Source: Octopus vulgaris
Taxonomy: Eukaryota
Direction: 5' to 3'
Length of the DNA stretch: 64,000 nucleotides
NCBI GenBank assembly: GCA_951406725.2
Contig: OX597820.1
Coordinates: 53,506,001 to 53,570,000 of the forward strand
Below are positions 40,434 through 54,797 of the stretch, piece by piece (within the stretch, counting starts at the first letter, position 1; each line of letters begins with the position of its first letter). The notes below the pieces were generated by a model. That model did no database searches and was not told where the DNA came from. It saw nothing but the letters and a program-made list of their open reading frames with translations. Both the position numbers and the translations under genes were made by a program.

Positions 40434-42176
40434 CGATATGCCGATGATGTTGGATGAAATTGAAGTCTTATTGCTTTAGTTCGTTTTTGCAAAAATGAAA
40501 AAGCCTCAAATATAAACCGTATGAATACGCTTCAAACTGGAAAACCTATATTGATAGATATCTAAAATTATGGTGTTTCTGTAATTTAACATATTTACCG
40601 CTCATATTATCTGTTATTTTGAAGTTATATAGCTTGCTAAACTATATGAGAAATGAGCAAACAATAGCTTCTCTCTCTTTCTGTCTGTCTGTCTGTCTCT
40701 CTCTTTCTCTCTTTGTCTTCCTTCTCCTCCTCGCCTATTCCCCTCATCCTTCTCTTCTTTTTTCTCTCTTCTTAGGTCACGCCTCGAGACGTCGCCTTAG
40801 TGGACATCAATGCTACTCTGAAAATTCACGATTTCTGAAGGAAGATCACAGCTGTGGTTTCCAGTGATAGCTGATAGTTTGCTCTACTAGTCTCCTACTT
40901 TCTCGAGCTTAGTCGTGAGACACTCGGCGTATTTAAGCCTTATACACGTGCACTAATTCTTGTAATGTCAGTGGGATTCTGTGTCACGTGTCAGGGGGTG
41001 GGGTGCAACCCTCCAGCGGGTTCTGTGTGACTTAAAGCAAGGATTACATTCTGCTACGTCACTGGGGCACTTGTCAGGTGCGAATATTTATCATCAGCGC
41101 AGACTTGTATGTAATGCTAAGCGGTGGCTTAAAAACTCCTCAAAATTCCTTTACTCCCGAACGAAAGCCTTCTCACGGGATATATATGTATGTATATGAA
41201 TATGTATATACGCAATAGATATACATATAAGAGGTATTCAGCTGCTTAACTTACAATGAAAAAGAATTATATTCTCTATGGTAAATCATAAATATATATG
41301 GTTTGGAGATGATTATAGACTTATTTGAAACATACTTGCTTCCTGTTATTATGCAAACCTTCAGTAAATGAAAGCGGATTAATATCATTATTTGATCGAA
41401 AGAAAGACTAGACGAGGATAACAATAGTTGTAAATTCGATGGTTAATCCGTCGTCTGAATGAAACTATTAAGTTCCATGTTGTTTAAAGTTATCTAATTA
41501 TATATACTACATGTCTCACTATCTCTCTTCTCGTTTCCCCTCTCTCTCTCTCTCTCTCTCATTCTGTCTCTCTCTTTTCTTTCAGATTTGGTGAGTTTGA
41601 TTTTCTAATTATTCAGCGGTGGTGGTCAGAATATGGCATCAGCTGCTGGTAGCAGTATTCCATTGCAAAAACAATATTAATCTATCCAGTTACGATTACA
41701 GCAAATCCGTGTATCAAACCACTTTCACGTAACCACGACATCGAAGTAAGTACGTGTAATAAAGAGTGGCCTCACATTTATATACTTTACTGCCTAAAAG
41801 ACAAAATAAATCGCATGTTTAATCAAAAGATATCATTTTGTATTATATACACCGAGCTTCACATGCCATTGTCACATCTATAGGGTTAAACATATTAGTA
41901 GTAAAATATTTATCTAGTATATAGCTGTTTGGTTACATTTAACAATATGGCTTTTAGATATATATTGACAAATGGTAAGATAACTTATCTGTTGTTAAAT
42001 TTTCCTTTTGAATGTGACAGAAGAAATAAGTCTGTATCAATTTGAAAATCGTTCGTGTTCTGGTCAAATACTTTTATATTTGTTTACGAGAAAACATTTG
42101 CTTTTAGAATCACTAATCTTTGTTTCGGTACGTAGAAGCAAGTGAATCTATCAATTCATTTCCCTATGTATATCTC

Positions 42177-42316
<140 letters not shown>

Positions 42317-42744
42317 ATTGGGTGTTATATCTGAATGTATATTTGTTGCTTTAGCTATACATTTGCAAAACATATTTTAAAGAAGGCAATATGTGTTTAT
42401 TTGTTATAACTTACAGTATGAGTGTGCACACGGGGACACACAAACACACATACAAACACAAGCTCGCACACAAATACATACACATACAAATACACAGACA
42501 CACACATGCACGTACAACTATATATATATATATATATATGTATTGTCATACATAGGCATATGTAGACAAGAGTGTGTGTGTGTTTGTGTATGTGAATGTG
42601 TGAGAGTGTTTTTTTGTGTGAGTGCATTGGTTTGTGTGAGTGTATACTGAGAAACGAAGACACAGTATTTTGAGGCATTCCAGGAAACGTAAGTCGACAA
42701 ACATTGAAATAGTTTAGAAAATGTCTGGAACTTTTATGTTTGCA

Positions 42745-42818
<74 letters not shown>

Positions 42819-42867
42819 ATGATATTAGGAAGTATATCCAAACTTATACTAATTTAATTTAAATATT

Positions 42868-42899
<32 letters not shown>

Positions 42900-43223
42900 T
42901 ATATATGTATATATGTATGTATTCATTTACTTATTTCAGTTATTTGTCTAAGGCCATGCTGGAGCACCGCCTTATACAATTTTATTCGAAGAAATCGACC
43001 TTAGGACTTATATTTTTGTATGATGTGTCATAGAAGCATGGTGTGTGGTAGATGCAAAGCGACATTTAGATATCCACTATTCCAGCATAGTAAGCCTGGT
43101 ACTAGTAAGCCTAGTACGTAATCTATGGGTATCTTTTGTTGAACTGATAAGTTAACACACCAACATCAGCTGTCAATTGATGACAGGAGGAAAACACAGA
43201 AACAAAGACATCACATACATCAA

Positions 43224-43412
<189 letters not shown>

Positions 43413-43448
43413 GGAGGTTTGAAAATGCAATTTTAAAAGGCGTTTATT

Positions 43449-43492
43449 CACTTAACCGGTTTCACTTTTTTAGAAAAAGCTTGTGAAAAGTA
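43449..43492 (-). ncRNA. Decayed minimal hammerhead motif (U3-A8 type, G5>C)
   Basis: Minus strand TACTT-TTCACAA-GCTTTTT-CTA-AAAAAGT-GAAA-CCGG-TT-AAGTG; the host element shares GTTTGAAAATGC with the ~13000 element and abuts a long (TA)n. Confidence 0.5.
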
Positions 43493-43894
43493 AAATGTAA
43501 AAGCATTGTTCCGTTAAGTACTGGTTGTCACAAAATATTACAATACATATATACATTCTTTGTTAATAATAAGAAAAATGTTAAAACACTTTAAAAGGAA
43601 AAATCTTGAGAAGATATTAATAAGTTCATTGAAAATATTAGGATTTCATTAAAAATCATGTTTGTTTGGAAGTATCTATATATATATACACAGAAAATTA
43701 TAAGTTCAAAAAGGTCATATGTTGGTGGTATATATATATATACATACAACCGGCTTCTTTCAGTTTCCGTCTACTGAATCCACTCTTTGGTCGGCTCGAG
43801 GCTATAGTAAGACTGAACCCGAAACCATGCGGCTGACGGGTGGGGGGGGGGCAGCTTCTTACCAAAAGCCATGCCTGGGCCTACATATATATAT

Positions 43895-44309
43895 ACTCTT
43901 TACTCTTTTACTCTTTTACTTGTTTCAGTCATTTGACTGCGGCCATGCTGGAGCACCGCCTTTAGTCGATCAAATCGACCCCGGAACTTGTTCTTTGTAA
44001 GCCCGGTACTTATTCTATCGGTCTCTTTTGCCGAACCGCTAAGTGGCGGGGACGTAGACACACCAGCATCGGTTGTCAAGCAATGCTAGGGGGACAAACA
44101 CAGACACACAAACACACACACATATACATATATATACATATATACGACAAGCTTCTTTCAGTTTCCATCTACCAAATCCACTCCCAAGGCATTGGTCGGC
44201 CCGGGGCTATAGCAGAAGACATTTGCCCAAGATGCCACGCAGTGGGACTGAACCCGCAACCATGTGGTTGGTTAGCAAGCTACTTACCACACAGCCACTC
44301 CTGCGCCTA
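43895..44309 (-). mobile_element. SINE family B, full length
   Basis: Near-identical reverse complement of 3868-4262. Confidence 0.92.
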
Positions 44310-44600
44310 TATATATATAGGTTACGCGCGCGCGTATGCGTGTGTGTGTGTGTATGTCTATATAAATATAACCGCAAATAAATACGGAGATATTGAGGCA
44401 TGCGTAGTTGTCTGGTAAGATGTGTGCTTCGAGACGACATCGATCGGGGTTCCCACTGCGTGGCATTTTATATAAGCACTTTCTACTGTAGCCCCAGGCC
44501 GCCTCAAGCCTTACAGATGGACGTCGCCGAAGGAAATTGAAAAACATCCCGACATGTGTGTGTGTTTGTGTGTGTGTGTGATTTATCAGGGAGACGGATG

Positions 44601-44793
44601 ATGGAAGTTATGAGAAACTTTATTGATCAGTTCAATCGTTTAGACCCGGCTAGCATCGATCCCTCGTGGCTAGGATACTGTACAATTGTTTAACTATATT
44701 TAGCCTGGTTATACAGTATCCTACCCGCGAGAGATCAATGCTTGAAGAGTCGAAACGATTTTAGCGACCAATAACGATTCTCGTATCTTCCAT
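44601..44793. repeat. Ungapped imperfect inverted repeat (85-nt arms, 23-nt loop)
   Basis: By-eye alignment of 44601-44685 to the reverse complement of 44709-44793 gives 66/85 matches and no indels. Confidence 0.85.
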
Positions 44794-44895
44794 ATTCTGT
44801 GTTCACGTTAATTACATACTCAACCAACATTAAACCAGTGAACATGCTTTACCGGCAAACTACCAGGTGTATATCATACGATGTATTAAATACTG

Positions 44896-44947
<52 letters not shown>

Positions 44948-44977
44948 AACATACACACCCATACATACATATATATA

Positions 44978-45212
44978 GTGGTTAGGGCAGCGGACTCGTG
45001 GTCGGAGGATCGCGGGTGCGATTCCCAGACCGGGCGTTGTGTGTGTTTATTGCTTAAAAGCTCCACGAGGCTCCGGCAAGGGATGGTGGGGACACCTGTT
45101 GTACTCTTTCGTCACAACTTTATCCCTTATTGAGTAACACTGCGATGGACTGGCGTCCCGTCCAGCTAGTAAACCGGGCCCATGAGCCTGGCTTGGCTTG
45201 AAAGGGGGCGAC
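44978..45212 (+). mobile_element. SINE family C, V-domain-like tail c
   Basis: Family C body followed by GAGTAACACTGCGATGGACTGGCGTCCCGTCCAGC; same type as 57951-58240. Confidence 0.85.
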
Positions 45213-46649
45213 GATTATCGTTTATAGATGCACACTACATTTTATTCAGAAAATACCAACTTCATTGAAATAGATTCTGCGGAAGCTCTATTTACAAAGT
45301 ATTTACATAAAAATCACTAGAATTTATTCCATCTCTTTCCAATGTGAAATTCACAACATGCGATGGCTGATTTTGAACACAGTTGCTATACCAACGAAAC
45401 TAAATATAGTTAAACATAAAACTAATTACAAAAATATGAACAATACATTATGTATGCGATATATAATTGTACAGGAAGTAAAACGTCATGTATCAAACTT
45501 GTATCAGAAATAATCTCAGAATTTTTTTTCTTCGTACAACATACTTCTCGCAAACCTTTTGACGCCATTATCAGACATCTAAAAGAACAATGGAGATTTA
45601 ACTAGCAATTAAGGTTCATACAAGAATTTTTAATGGTTTATGAAAGAAGCTCAAATATTTCTTATGTTATCTCTTGTATCTACTCAGCTGTGGGAGTAGC
45701 AGCAATAAGTGGTTATTATATGTTGTTCCATATACGCAGAGAATGAAGGAGAAAGAGAGAGAAAGAGAGTGTATATGTGTGCGTGTGTGTGTGTGTGTAT
45801 GTATAGGGAGAGAAAGAGACAGAGAGAAAGTGAGAGAGAAAGAGAGAACCATATACAAATATATACACATACATAAATAAACATATACATACACAAACAC
45901 ACATATATGTATATATGTGTATACATATATATGCATATATATATATGTTTATCTATGTATATATGTGTGTGTGTGTATGTGTGCGTGTGTATTTGCATGT
46001 ATGTATATATATATAACCGTTAACGAATGCCTGATGTATATATATATATACATTCTTATACATATATAGGTATACATAAATATACATTTGCACACACACA
46101 TATCCACGTATAGCTGTTAACGTATGCCTGAAGCATATGTATATGTACATATGTGCATATATATATATGTGTATGTGTGAGTGTGTGTGGAGATGTATGT
46201 GTTTGCGTGTGTGTGTCTGTATGTGTGTGTGTTTCTATGTGTATGCGTTTCTCTGTGTATGCGCACGCGCGCGTGTGTTTGTGTGTCCTTATGAGAAAGT
46301 GAGAGAGATGCGGGCGAAGTGTAATCACAGTTGCTAGGTACCTCAATTTATCTAAGAATGAGAGCAGGCAAGATTTATTGTAGGAATTGAACGCATCATT
46401 GTCTCCCAGTGACCAGAGGTTTCATCCCAAGCTGGGATTCTTCCAACTTATGAATGACTGAATAACGGATTTTTGCATTTCACATGTGGTAGCTTCGCTC
46501 TGTAATACAGTAGGAATGGATCTTTTTTTTTTTGAGATGGCAGGTTCTTCTTTTTTATGATGTGCTAAGAATTTATTAATGCTCATTGTGTATATTGTGT
46601 TTGCATGAGTGCCTATGTTATTTTTTGTAAATGTAGATTATTTTAAATC

Positions 46650-47058
46650 ATAGGAGTGGGTGTGTGATAAGTAGCTTGCTTACGTACCACATGGTTCCAG
46701 GTTCAGTCCAACTGTGTGGAACCTTGGGCAAGTATCTTTTACTATAGCCTCGGGCTGACCAAACTTTGTGAGTGGATTTGGTAGACGGAAACTGAAAGAA
46801 GCCCGTCATATATATCTATGTGTGTATATGTCTGCGTGTCTGTGCCCCCCCCCCCCCAACATCGCTTGACAACCGATATTGGTGTGTTTACGTCACCGTA
46901 ACTTAGCGGTTCGGTAAAAGAGACAAATAGAATAAGTACTAGGCTTACAAAGAATAAGTCACGGGGTCGATTTGCTCGACTAAAGGCGGTGCTCCAGCAT
47001 GGCCACAGTCACATGAGTGAAACAAGTAAAAGAGTAAAGGAGTAAAGGAGTAAAGAGT
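46650..47058 (+). mobile_element. SINE family B
   Basis: Matches family B, including the (GTAAAGGA)n tail. Confidence 0.88.
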
Positions 47059-47113
47059 ATAAAGGACATAATCTACCACAATTAAGTTTTGTGTTGAGAA
47101 ACATAGCCAAGTA

Positions 47114-47162
47114 GACAGGAAACGTTTCGGCACAGCAGGTTTGGCGGCGCCTATTAGCCGTC
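47114..47162 (-). ncRNA. Decayed minimal hammerhead motif
   Basis: Minus strand GACGG-CTAATA-GGCGC-13nt-GTGCC-GAAA-CGTT-TC-CTGTC: stems I and II pair fully (with G-U), but the CUGAUGA box is mutated. Confidence 0.55.
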
Positions 47163-47345
47163 GCTTATTCGATGCTGACGACTTATTTGATATCAGGTGT
47201 TTTAATCCTTGTCTTGTTCTCTTCCCTTCCTTCTCTCTCTCGCTTTCTCTTTCTCTCTCCCTCTCTTTCTCTGTGTTTCTGTGTGTGCGGTTGTGTATGT
47301 GTATGTTCACGTATGTGAAATTATTCTAATATTTCTTTTTATGTT

Positions 47346-47748
47346 AGGCGGCGAGCTACCAGAAACGTTAGCACGCCGGGCGAAATGCGTAGCTGTATTT
47401 CGTCTGTCACTACGTTCTGAGTTCAAATTCCGCCGAGGTCGACTCTGCCTTTCATCCTTTCGGGGTCGATTAAATAAATACCTGTTACGCACTGGGGTCG
47501 ATATGATCGACTTGATCCGTTTGTCTGTCCTTGTTTGTCCTCTCTGTGTTTAGCCCCTTGTGGGTAGTAAAGAAATAGGTATATCGTCTGTCTTTACGTT
47601 CCCAGTTCAAATTCTGCCGAGGTCGACTTTGCCTTTCATCCTTTCGGGGTCGATAAATTAAGTACCAGTTGCGTACTGAAGTCGATCTAATCGACTGGCT
47701 CCCTCCCCAAACATTTCGGGCTTTGTGCCTAGAGTAGGAAAGAATAAT
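47346..47748 (+). mobile_element. SINE family A dimer
   Basis: Second unit starts at 47578; same architecture as 844-1216. Confidence 0.9.
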
Positions 47749-48673
47749 TCTTTTTATGCGTATGAACAGAGAGAACGTACATATATTAGTCAGGTTTAAT
47801 TAATAAATTTACTGCTTCTCTTTCCGCCACCACCATCCCGCACTTTCTCTGTTTGTATGTACATATTTCTGTTTACGTGTATGTATCTGTATATGCCTTC
47901 AGTACTAAAACATACCGTCGGCAAAACAGATTCATTGCCCAGTCAACCGCGCCAAATAAATAGCGCCCCAAAAGCCGCGCCCCGTTATGTCATCCCTTAG
48001 CCAAATTACGTATGAAAAGTTAATTTGGCTTCGAATAAGAATGTGAGAGAGAAAAAAATTCCTTTATGGAAGATTTAATAAAAAGTGTAACTAAAAAGAA
48101 AACAGCTGGTAGCGATTCAATAGTTGTTTCAAGGTAAATCATATATCTTTGCCTGTTGTGTAGCAATGTAGTAGATTGATCAGTGAAGGTGTATTTTTTT
48201 TTTTTTTGTTCTTTTACCTCCCAATTTTTGCTCATTGAAATAGCAATTAACTTGTGCCGATAGAATGATGAATTTTGTGCTAACAATGAAGCTAGAATAG
48301 TGGATTTCTAAATGTCGTTTTGCATCTACCACATATCATACTTCTATCACACATTATACAAAAGAAACCTTATGAAAATATTCAATATAAAGAACCACAC
48401 ATCATTCACACAACGAAACTACACGACCAAAAAGCTTCCCTGAACTATTACATGACTCTCGAAACTACAACACATCGAAGTATATTTCTCGTTCTTGGAA
48501 AACTGTAGTTATATATATAACAGCATATGCGTGTTTCTTTGTGTGTTTGTGTTTGTGTATGTGTGTTTCTGTGTTCGCGTGTGTGTCTGTGTTCGAGTGT
48601 GTGGTTTATGTCTATACACATATATACTCATGTACATATGTATTTGTATGTATATACGTCGTCTCTGCTTACC

Positions 48674-48752
<79 letters not shown>

Positions 48753-49559
48753 CATCATCATCATCATCATCGTCATATAGTTATACATAGACAAATTATA
48801 TTGTTATATATTTTCGAATTATATCAACTAAAGAATTATACGCCTTCATTTGTACGCACAAGTACATAATAAGCACAAGAGACTACTCACATACAGTTAC
48901 ATAAATAGACTCATACACACACATATACACACACACACAGAGTCAAATACGAGTCATATATGTGTATATATATTCCACAGCTAACACTACACATGACAGC
49001 CAATCAATCTACGCGCTACCATTTACATTCCCACACCGTCATTATCTTTGAAAATGTCGATTTCCAGTCAAGACTGAAAGTTTGTTTCTGTTTTCTATTT
49101 AACAATTCCCACTCCAGTAATCACTTTAGCTCAGCACTAAAGATTTGAAGCCGCAAATGTTAAGTTTCTCACATCGCTTCAAATGGTATTTCTAATTCAT
49201 ATTGCGTCCGAGACGACTTGACAATACGTCCCACCAGTGAGATATTATAATACCAGTTATACACTTCAATATTCTCCACAAGCAGTAGTTTGTTAAATAT
49301 ATGCATTATGTAGAGATTGTTTTTTGTTTGCTTTTGTATTTGTTTCCGTTTCTGTCTGTCCATTAACTACGATGGCAACATTCAGTGACAATATTAACGC
49401 TTTTGCAACCTAGCTGTCTAAATTATATTACTGCCTATGGAACCTGATAGAAATTCGTTTGCAATCAGACGCACACATCCATGCACAGGCACACACACAC
49501 ATACACAAACACATATTTATGCATTTGGCTGTCTCTTGGCAACGGCGGAAGCATTTACT

Positions 49560-49910
49560 GATTGTACATCCCAGTCCATGACATAAAGTTCCAGTCTCAG
49601 AGTAGATTTATAAGTATTTGGTTGGAGAAGGGAGATGGAACTGCGAGTATACCTACTTTTTCACTTCTAGTAGCAATGACGCCTGTGGCTCTGCCCCGTG
49701 TCCTGAAAACCGCTGCAAATGTCAGACCTCCAAGATGACTAGCGCCCTGCGATATTCTCGACTTCGGCGAAATTTATGGTACTTCTCTTTAAAAAGAGTC
49801 ATCAGTTGATCTTTGAACCACCTTTATGGACTTCCAGCCTGGTGTTAGCCATGGTATACCTGGCTAAAGAAGATATTTATTCCTGATGAAGGCATGTTGC
49901 CTTCTGATGT
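49560..49910 (-). pseudogene. Highly decayed RTE-like LINE 3' fragment
   Basis: Minus strand across frameshifts: IFFSQVYHG...RWFKDQL...INFAEVENIA..R*SSWR. Confidence 0.45.
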
Positions 49911-50702
49911 TCAAAAGTTTTCCGTCAAGGGAAAATGTAATTGTGGGTCCTGGTCCTCTCGCGTTTACCATTTGTATGTGAAACTGTGTGATCAGACAAA
50001 TGAGTAAGTTTAAAACGGTACAACAATCAGCACATTGCATCACCTAACTAATGATTTTACGTGAAAGTACTCAAATTTCTGCCTTTCGATAACAACGAGA
50101 GTAGATATTCATACTTAGAAGTGGCGGAGTTTGAAGAGGCAACCAAATTTCATGAGAATACTGCACAGTCCACAGTTTCAAGTGCCTTTGACAGATTCAA
50201 AACTACATTGATCGCATACTAAACCTCTGCTGTTGGTACTCTTGGGTGATATCTTCTAGTTTTTTAGCAGTCTTATGTAGATTTGTTTACTTGAAATATT
50301 AGGAGCCAGAAAAAGTTATATTTTGTATGATCAATAGATTTTCCTTTAGGCGCATTTTCCTGCTATGCATAAGATATAACGCTACTTGCGTGATGTCATC
50401 TTTCTGGTATACATAATTTCTTTTCTTGTCGTTATGTAAATCGTTAATTTTTGCAATTTATTCCATCTATATCAAAATTTATCATTAAATTACTTCTCTC
50501 AAGTATAATTGTGATAATATTTCAATATAAAATTATCTGCGGTTGAGCAAGTACATCGCAGAGACGAAGTATTACTAGACTCATATATAAAAATATGTGC
50601 TTTTGTGTGTGTGTGTATGTATGTATGTGTGTATGTATATATATATATATATATACATGTATGTATATCTATGTGTGTTTATATATACTTAACTTAACTT
50701 AA

Positions 50703-50750
<48 letters not shown>

Positions 50751-50806
50751 TATGTATAGTTCCTTTATGTATCTGGTTTGCAAGATTATTTATGTCTACT
50801 TTAATA

Positions 50807-51190
50807 GCCTTCACGTTCCCCAGACTTGGCTAGCCTGGATTTTTTTTTTTTATGGGGATACCTGAAAAAGATGGTTTACGTCAACAAACCGGAGACCTTG
50901 GTGCAACTGAAGGAGAACATCAGTAGAGAAATCAGAGAAATGGGATCTAAAACTCTTGAAGGTGTTATGGTGCAAGTTTTAAAAAGAGTATGGGCGTGCG
51001 AAGCCGAAAATAGCTGCCATATAAGCGATTTTATTTTTCATATGTGATGTAGTGATGTTGCAAAATCTGACTTGTACGTGTTAATTTCTATTATGTCCTT
51101 TATATTGTATCAAAATTTCATGCATATATTTATAAAGTTAAGGAAAGTTATTAAAAATTGAAATCCATCAGTTACTTTTGGGATACCCTG
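50807..51190 (+). mobile_element. Tc1/mariner-superfamily transposon 3' fragment
   Basis: PSRSPDLASLDFFFLWGYLKKMVYVNKPETLVQLKENI (SPDL..DFFLWGYLK motif); right TIR-like end ACTTTTGGGATACCCTG followed by a TA-rich run. Confidence 0.85.
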
Positions 51191-51239
51191 AATATATATA
51201 TATATACAGAGAGAGGGAGAGAGGGGGGATAACGTGTAA

Positions 51240-51545
51240 AGACCACTTCGGTCACGAATGACTATGGGATTGCACGTAGAAAGCTGCCCTGCGAGGCACA
51301 AGTCCGGGCAAGGTCGTTTATGGAAGACCAGCAGTCGCCAATGCATATCAGCCTCCTCACCGCTGCACACCAACAATGTCATCCATAGGAAAGGCAAAGG
51401 CCGATACAGCTTGGCTGCCAGTGACGTCATAACCGAATTTTAGAGCTGACTCACCTAGAGCAACATGAAATAAAGTTTATTGCTGAAGAACACAACACAC
51501 AACTTTACAATAGTAAGTTCGACGCTCTAACCATGCGCCATGCGG
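51240..51545 (-). mobile_element. SINE family D, diverged
   Basis: Colinear with 59860-60143. Confidence 0.8.
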
Positions 51546-52447
51546 CTTCGATACTTTTACATATATATATACATATACACGTGTTTGTGTGTGTTGGTAT
51601 GAGAGAGTGCATGCATGTGTAAATACATATATACTGAACCGGTGAATTACCAGAATTGTTAGAAGGTCGGACAGAATACTTCCTGCTTTGAGTTTTGCAA
51701 AAGTTTGGGGCAGATTTCCGGTTTTATGTTATCATTTTGCTAACTGCTTCCCTCGGATGCTCTGTAACATATGATGGATACAGCTTTCTGTACTGATTAA
51801 GCGATGAAAATACTATACATATATACAACTATACAGAGTTATATTTGCACAGTTATTTCCCTTACAAAACAGATCTCCTCTCGTCGGCATGACATTTTAC
51901 AGGAGTGACTTTACTTAATAAATTACTTCTGTACACTGTAAATCATCTTCTCGTACGAAAGGCCCCTGTTTGATAAGAACGGTTTATTCATCGATTTATA
52001 TTGACTAACAGTAGCAACGCCTCGTTTTATACGCTGCAAATTAGAGAGCTCTTAGTTGACCATAGGTTGGAAGTATGTGTTTCTATTAGATAGAGTGAAA
52101 TGAAGGGTAGTCAAACAAGGGTATTGTGTACGAATCAGAGAAACAAACATTAAGCTTTCAATAAGGAATAACTTAACAAATTGCGCTATTGTGAAAGTTC
52201 GTCACTGAAAACACAGACACACGCATGCACACACACACAAACACACGTACACAGTCACAGACACACACGCACGCACGCACATACGAAAACACAGACAAAC
52301 ACACTAAGGCGTGGGTTTCAATACGTGTGCCAGAGTCCGTGTCTGAGTACATTATTTGTTTCCTATGTAAATATGTATAATCTACTCATATATACGGTGC
52401 CATACAATCACGTATATAGCCATGTATATGCACACACACAAACATAT

Positions 52448-52502
<55 letters not shown>

Positions 52503-52508
52503 CATACA

Positions 52509-52560
<52 letters not shown>

Positions 52561-52660
52561 CATACAGACATATATATACATACATATATATATACATACA
52601 TACATACATATATACATACATATATATAAATACATACATATATATATACATACATATATA

Positions 52661-53710
52661 TCCTTAAATCCTTAAAAAAATTTTAGCCCGAAGGCACCAC
52701 CGCTGAGTAAGCTACACTAATATGTGAATCCACCTCTGATACGTGGCACTTGATCAACAAGGGAGTTCGATGCTGCTGCCCGCATCTGCGTCTCCTGTCG
52801 TGAGGTAGGTTCATCTAGAACTCCCGACAAGAAGAGATCCAGTTTAGGTTTAAAGAAACCCACATCCACACCATGTAAGTCTCTTAAGCATTTAGGGAGG
52901 ATGTTAAAGAGCCGCCCCGTTCTACGGTTGGGGTAACTTTGAATGCCAAAGTTTGGGACAAGACCCTCCAGGATTTTCCAGATGTATATCACCGCATATC
53001 TCTCCCGCCTCCGCTCTAGGGAGAAGAGGTTTAATACTTTCAGTCTTTCCCAGTAGTTGATATTTTGCATTGAGACGATATTCTTTGTGTAGCTTCTCTG
53101 AATTGCTTTGAGTTCTGCTGTTAGTTTTATATTGTGTGGTGACCATAGTTGGGAGCAGTAGTCCAAGCGGCTGAGGACGAATGTTTTCCAGAGGACCATC
53201 AGTGTCTCCTTCTCTCTTGTTCTGAAAGTTCGGAGAATCCATCCAGCTAGCCGTCTGCATTTTATCACCAGATTAGTAATATGCACTTGGAAAGATGCAT
53301 CATTGCTCATGTCAATGCCTAGGTCACGCACTGATTTTGACTCAGGGATTGCAATTCTTCTTGGGCCAGTGTATCCAGTCTGCACGTCGTTTACCTTTGT
53401 GTGCCGGTAGCGCAGGGCCTGGAACTTACCTGCATTAAACTGAATGTTGTTGTTCTCCGCCCACCTGTATATTTTATCCAACTCCTGTTGCAGATGCGCA
53501 ATATTTTCAGGGTTTTGTATTGTGTGGGAGATTTTTGTGTCATCTGCATAGCTAGCAAGGGTGGCCATCGTAGCAACTGAAGGCATGTCTGAAAGGGCCA
53601 CTATGAACAGCAGTGGCCCCAAGACAGTGCCCTGTGGAACACCGCTTGTTATTTGTGTTTCCTTGGAGGTGGCTCCATTGCTCACAACTGCCTGTCTTCT
53701 GTCTTTTAGG
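52661..53710 (-). mobile_element. 5'-truncated CR1/L2-group LINE with reverse transcriptase fragment
   Basis: About 330 uninterrupted codons: [47 protein letters not shown]; short 3' UTR ending in (TTTAAGGA)2; embedded in TA/CATA repeats. Confidence 0.92.
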
Positions 53711-53886
53711 ACATACATACATATATATATATATATATACATACACATATATATATATACATACATATATATATATATATACATACATATATATATATAT
53801 ACACATACATACATATATATATACATACATACATATATATATATACATACATACATATATATATACATATATATACATATATTTGT

Positions 53887-53945
<59 letters not shown>

Positions 53946-54276
53946 TGTGAGTGCGTTTGTATGACTATATATATATATATATATATATACATACACACAC
54001 ACATATATATATGACAGTGTATGTATGTATGTAAGTTTGTGTGTATGTATATCGGGGTACCCCTCTGTTTACACACCACTCATTTTACACAATCGTACTT
54101 TAGTATGACTTTGGTTTTGTTCGAATTATTTTCATTTTTCATTATTATTTGCCGTCTTCAGGAACACTACTGCATTGTTTCCGTTTTATATTTTCCTTCT
54201 CTTTTCGTTTTACGTATATGTATGTTTGTATATACATACATGTATATATCTAAATATTTCTGTGTGTGGATGCATG

Positions 54277-54371
<95 letters not shown>

Positions 54372-54797
54372 GTATGTCTCATGTGTATGTATATATGTAT
54401 GTGTGAGTATGTAAGTATACGCGTGCGTGTATATGAGTGTGTAAATATATGTATATGTGTTTGACTATGTGCCTGTGTGCGCACAACGGTCGTCTGTATA
54501 TGTCCGTTTTGCATATTTTCCGCTACAAAAACATGTGTAAAGAAAGCAGAGTTTAAATTCCGGAACGGCAGCTTCCCACATTCAGCTCTTTGCTCTGTTG
54601 AAAAGAAAAAAAAACATACACACGTCATTAGTAGGTTCCCTCTCCACACCCTGTTTTTCTCTACCAGTCCACTGATCTATACATTCGACCAAAAAGGCTA
54701 TAAAATGAAACTAAGGCTCAGAAAAGTAGTCCCTATTTATTCGAATAAAGATATGTCTGCACACACGCACGAACGCAAGCAAACGCACGCACATACA

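Noticed and set aside
49883-49904. CTGATGA-A-GGCA-TGT-TGCC as a hammerhead
   Set aside because: No GAAA follows the stem, and it lies within an apparent RTE remnant on the other strand
53711-53868. N-terminal ~50 aa of the 383-aa RT ORF
   Set aside because: Read-through of TA/CATA microsatellite; the LINE is 5'-truncated and cannot encode a full protein
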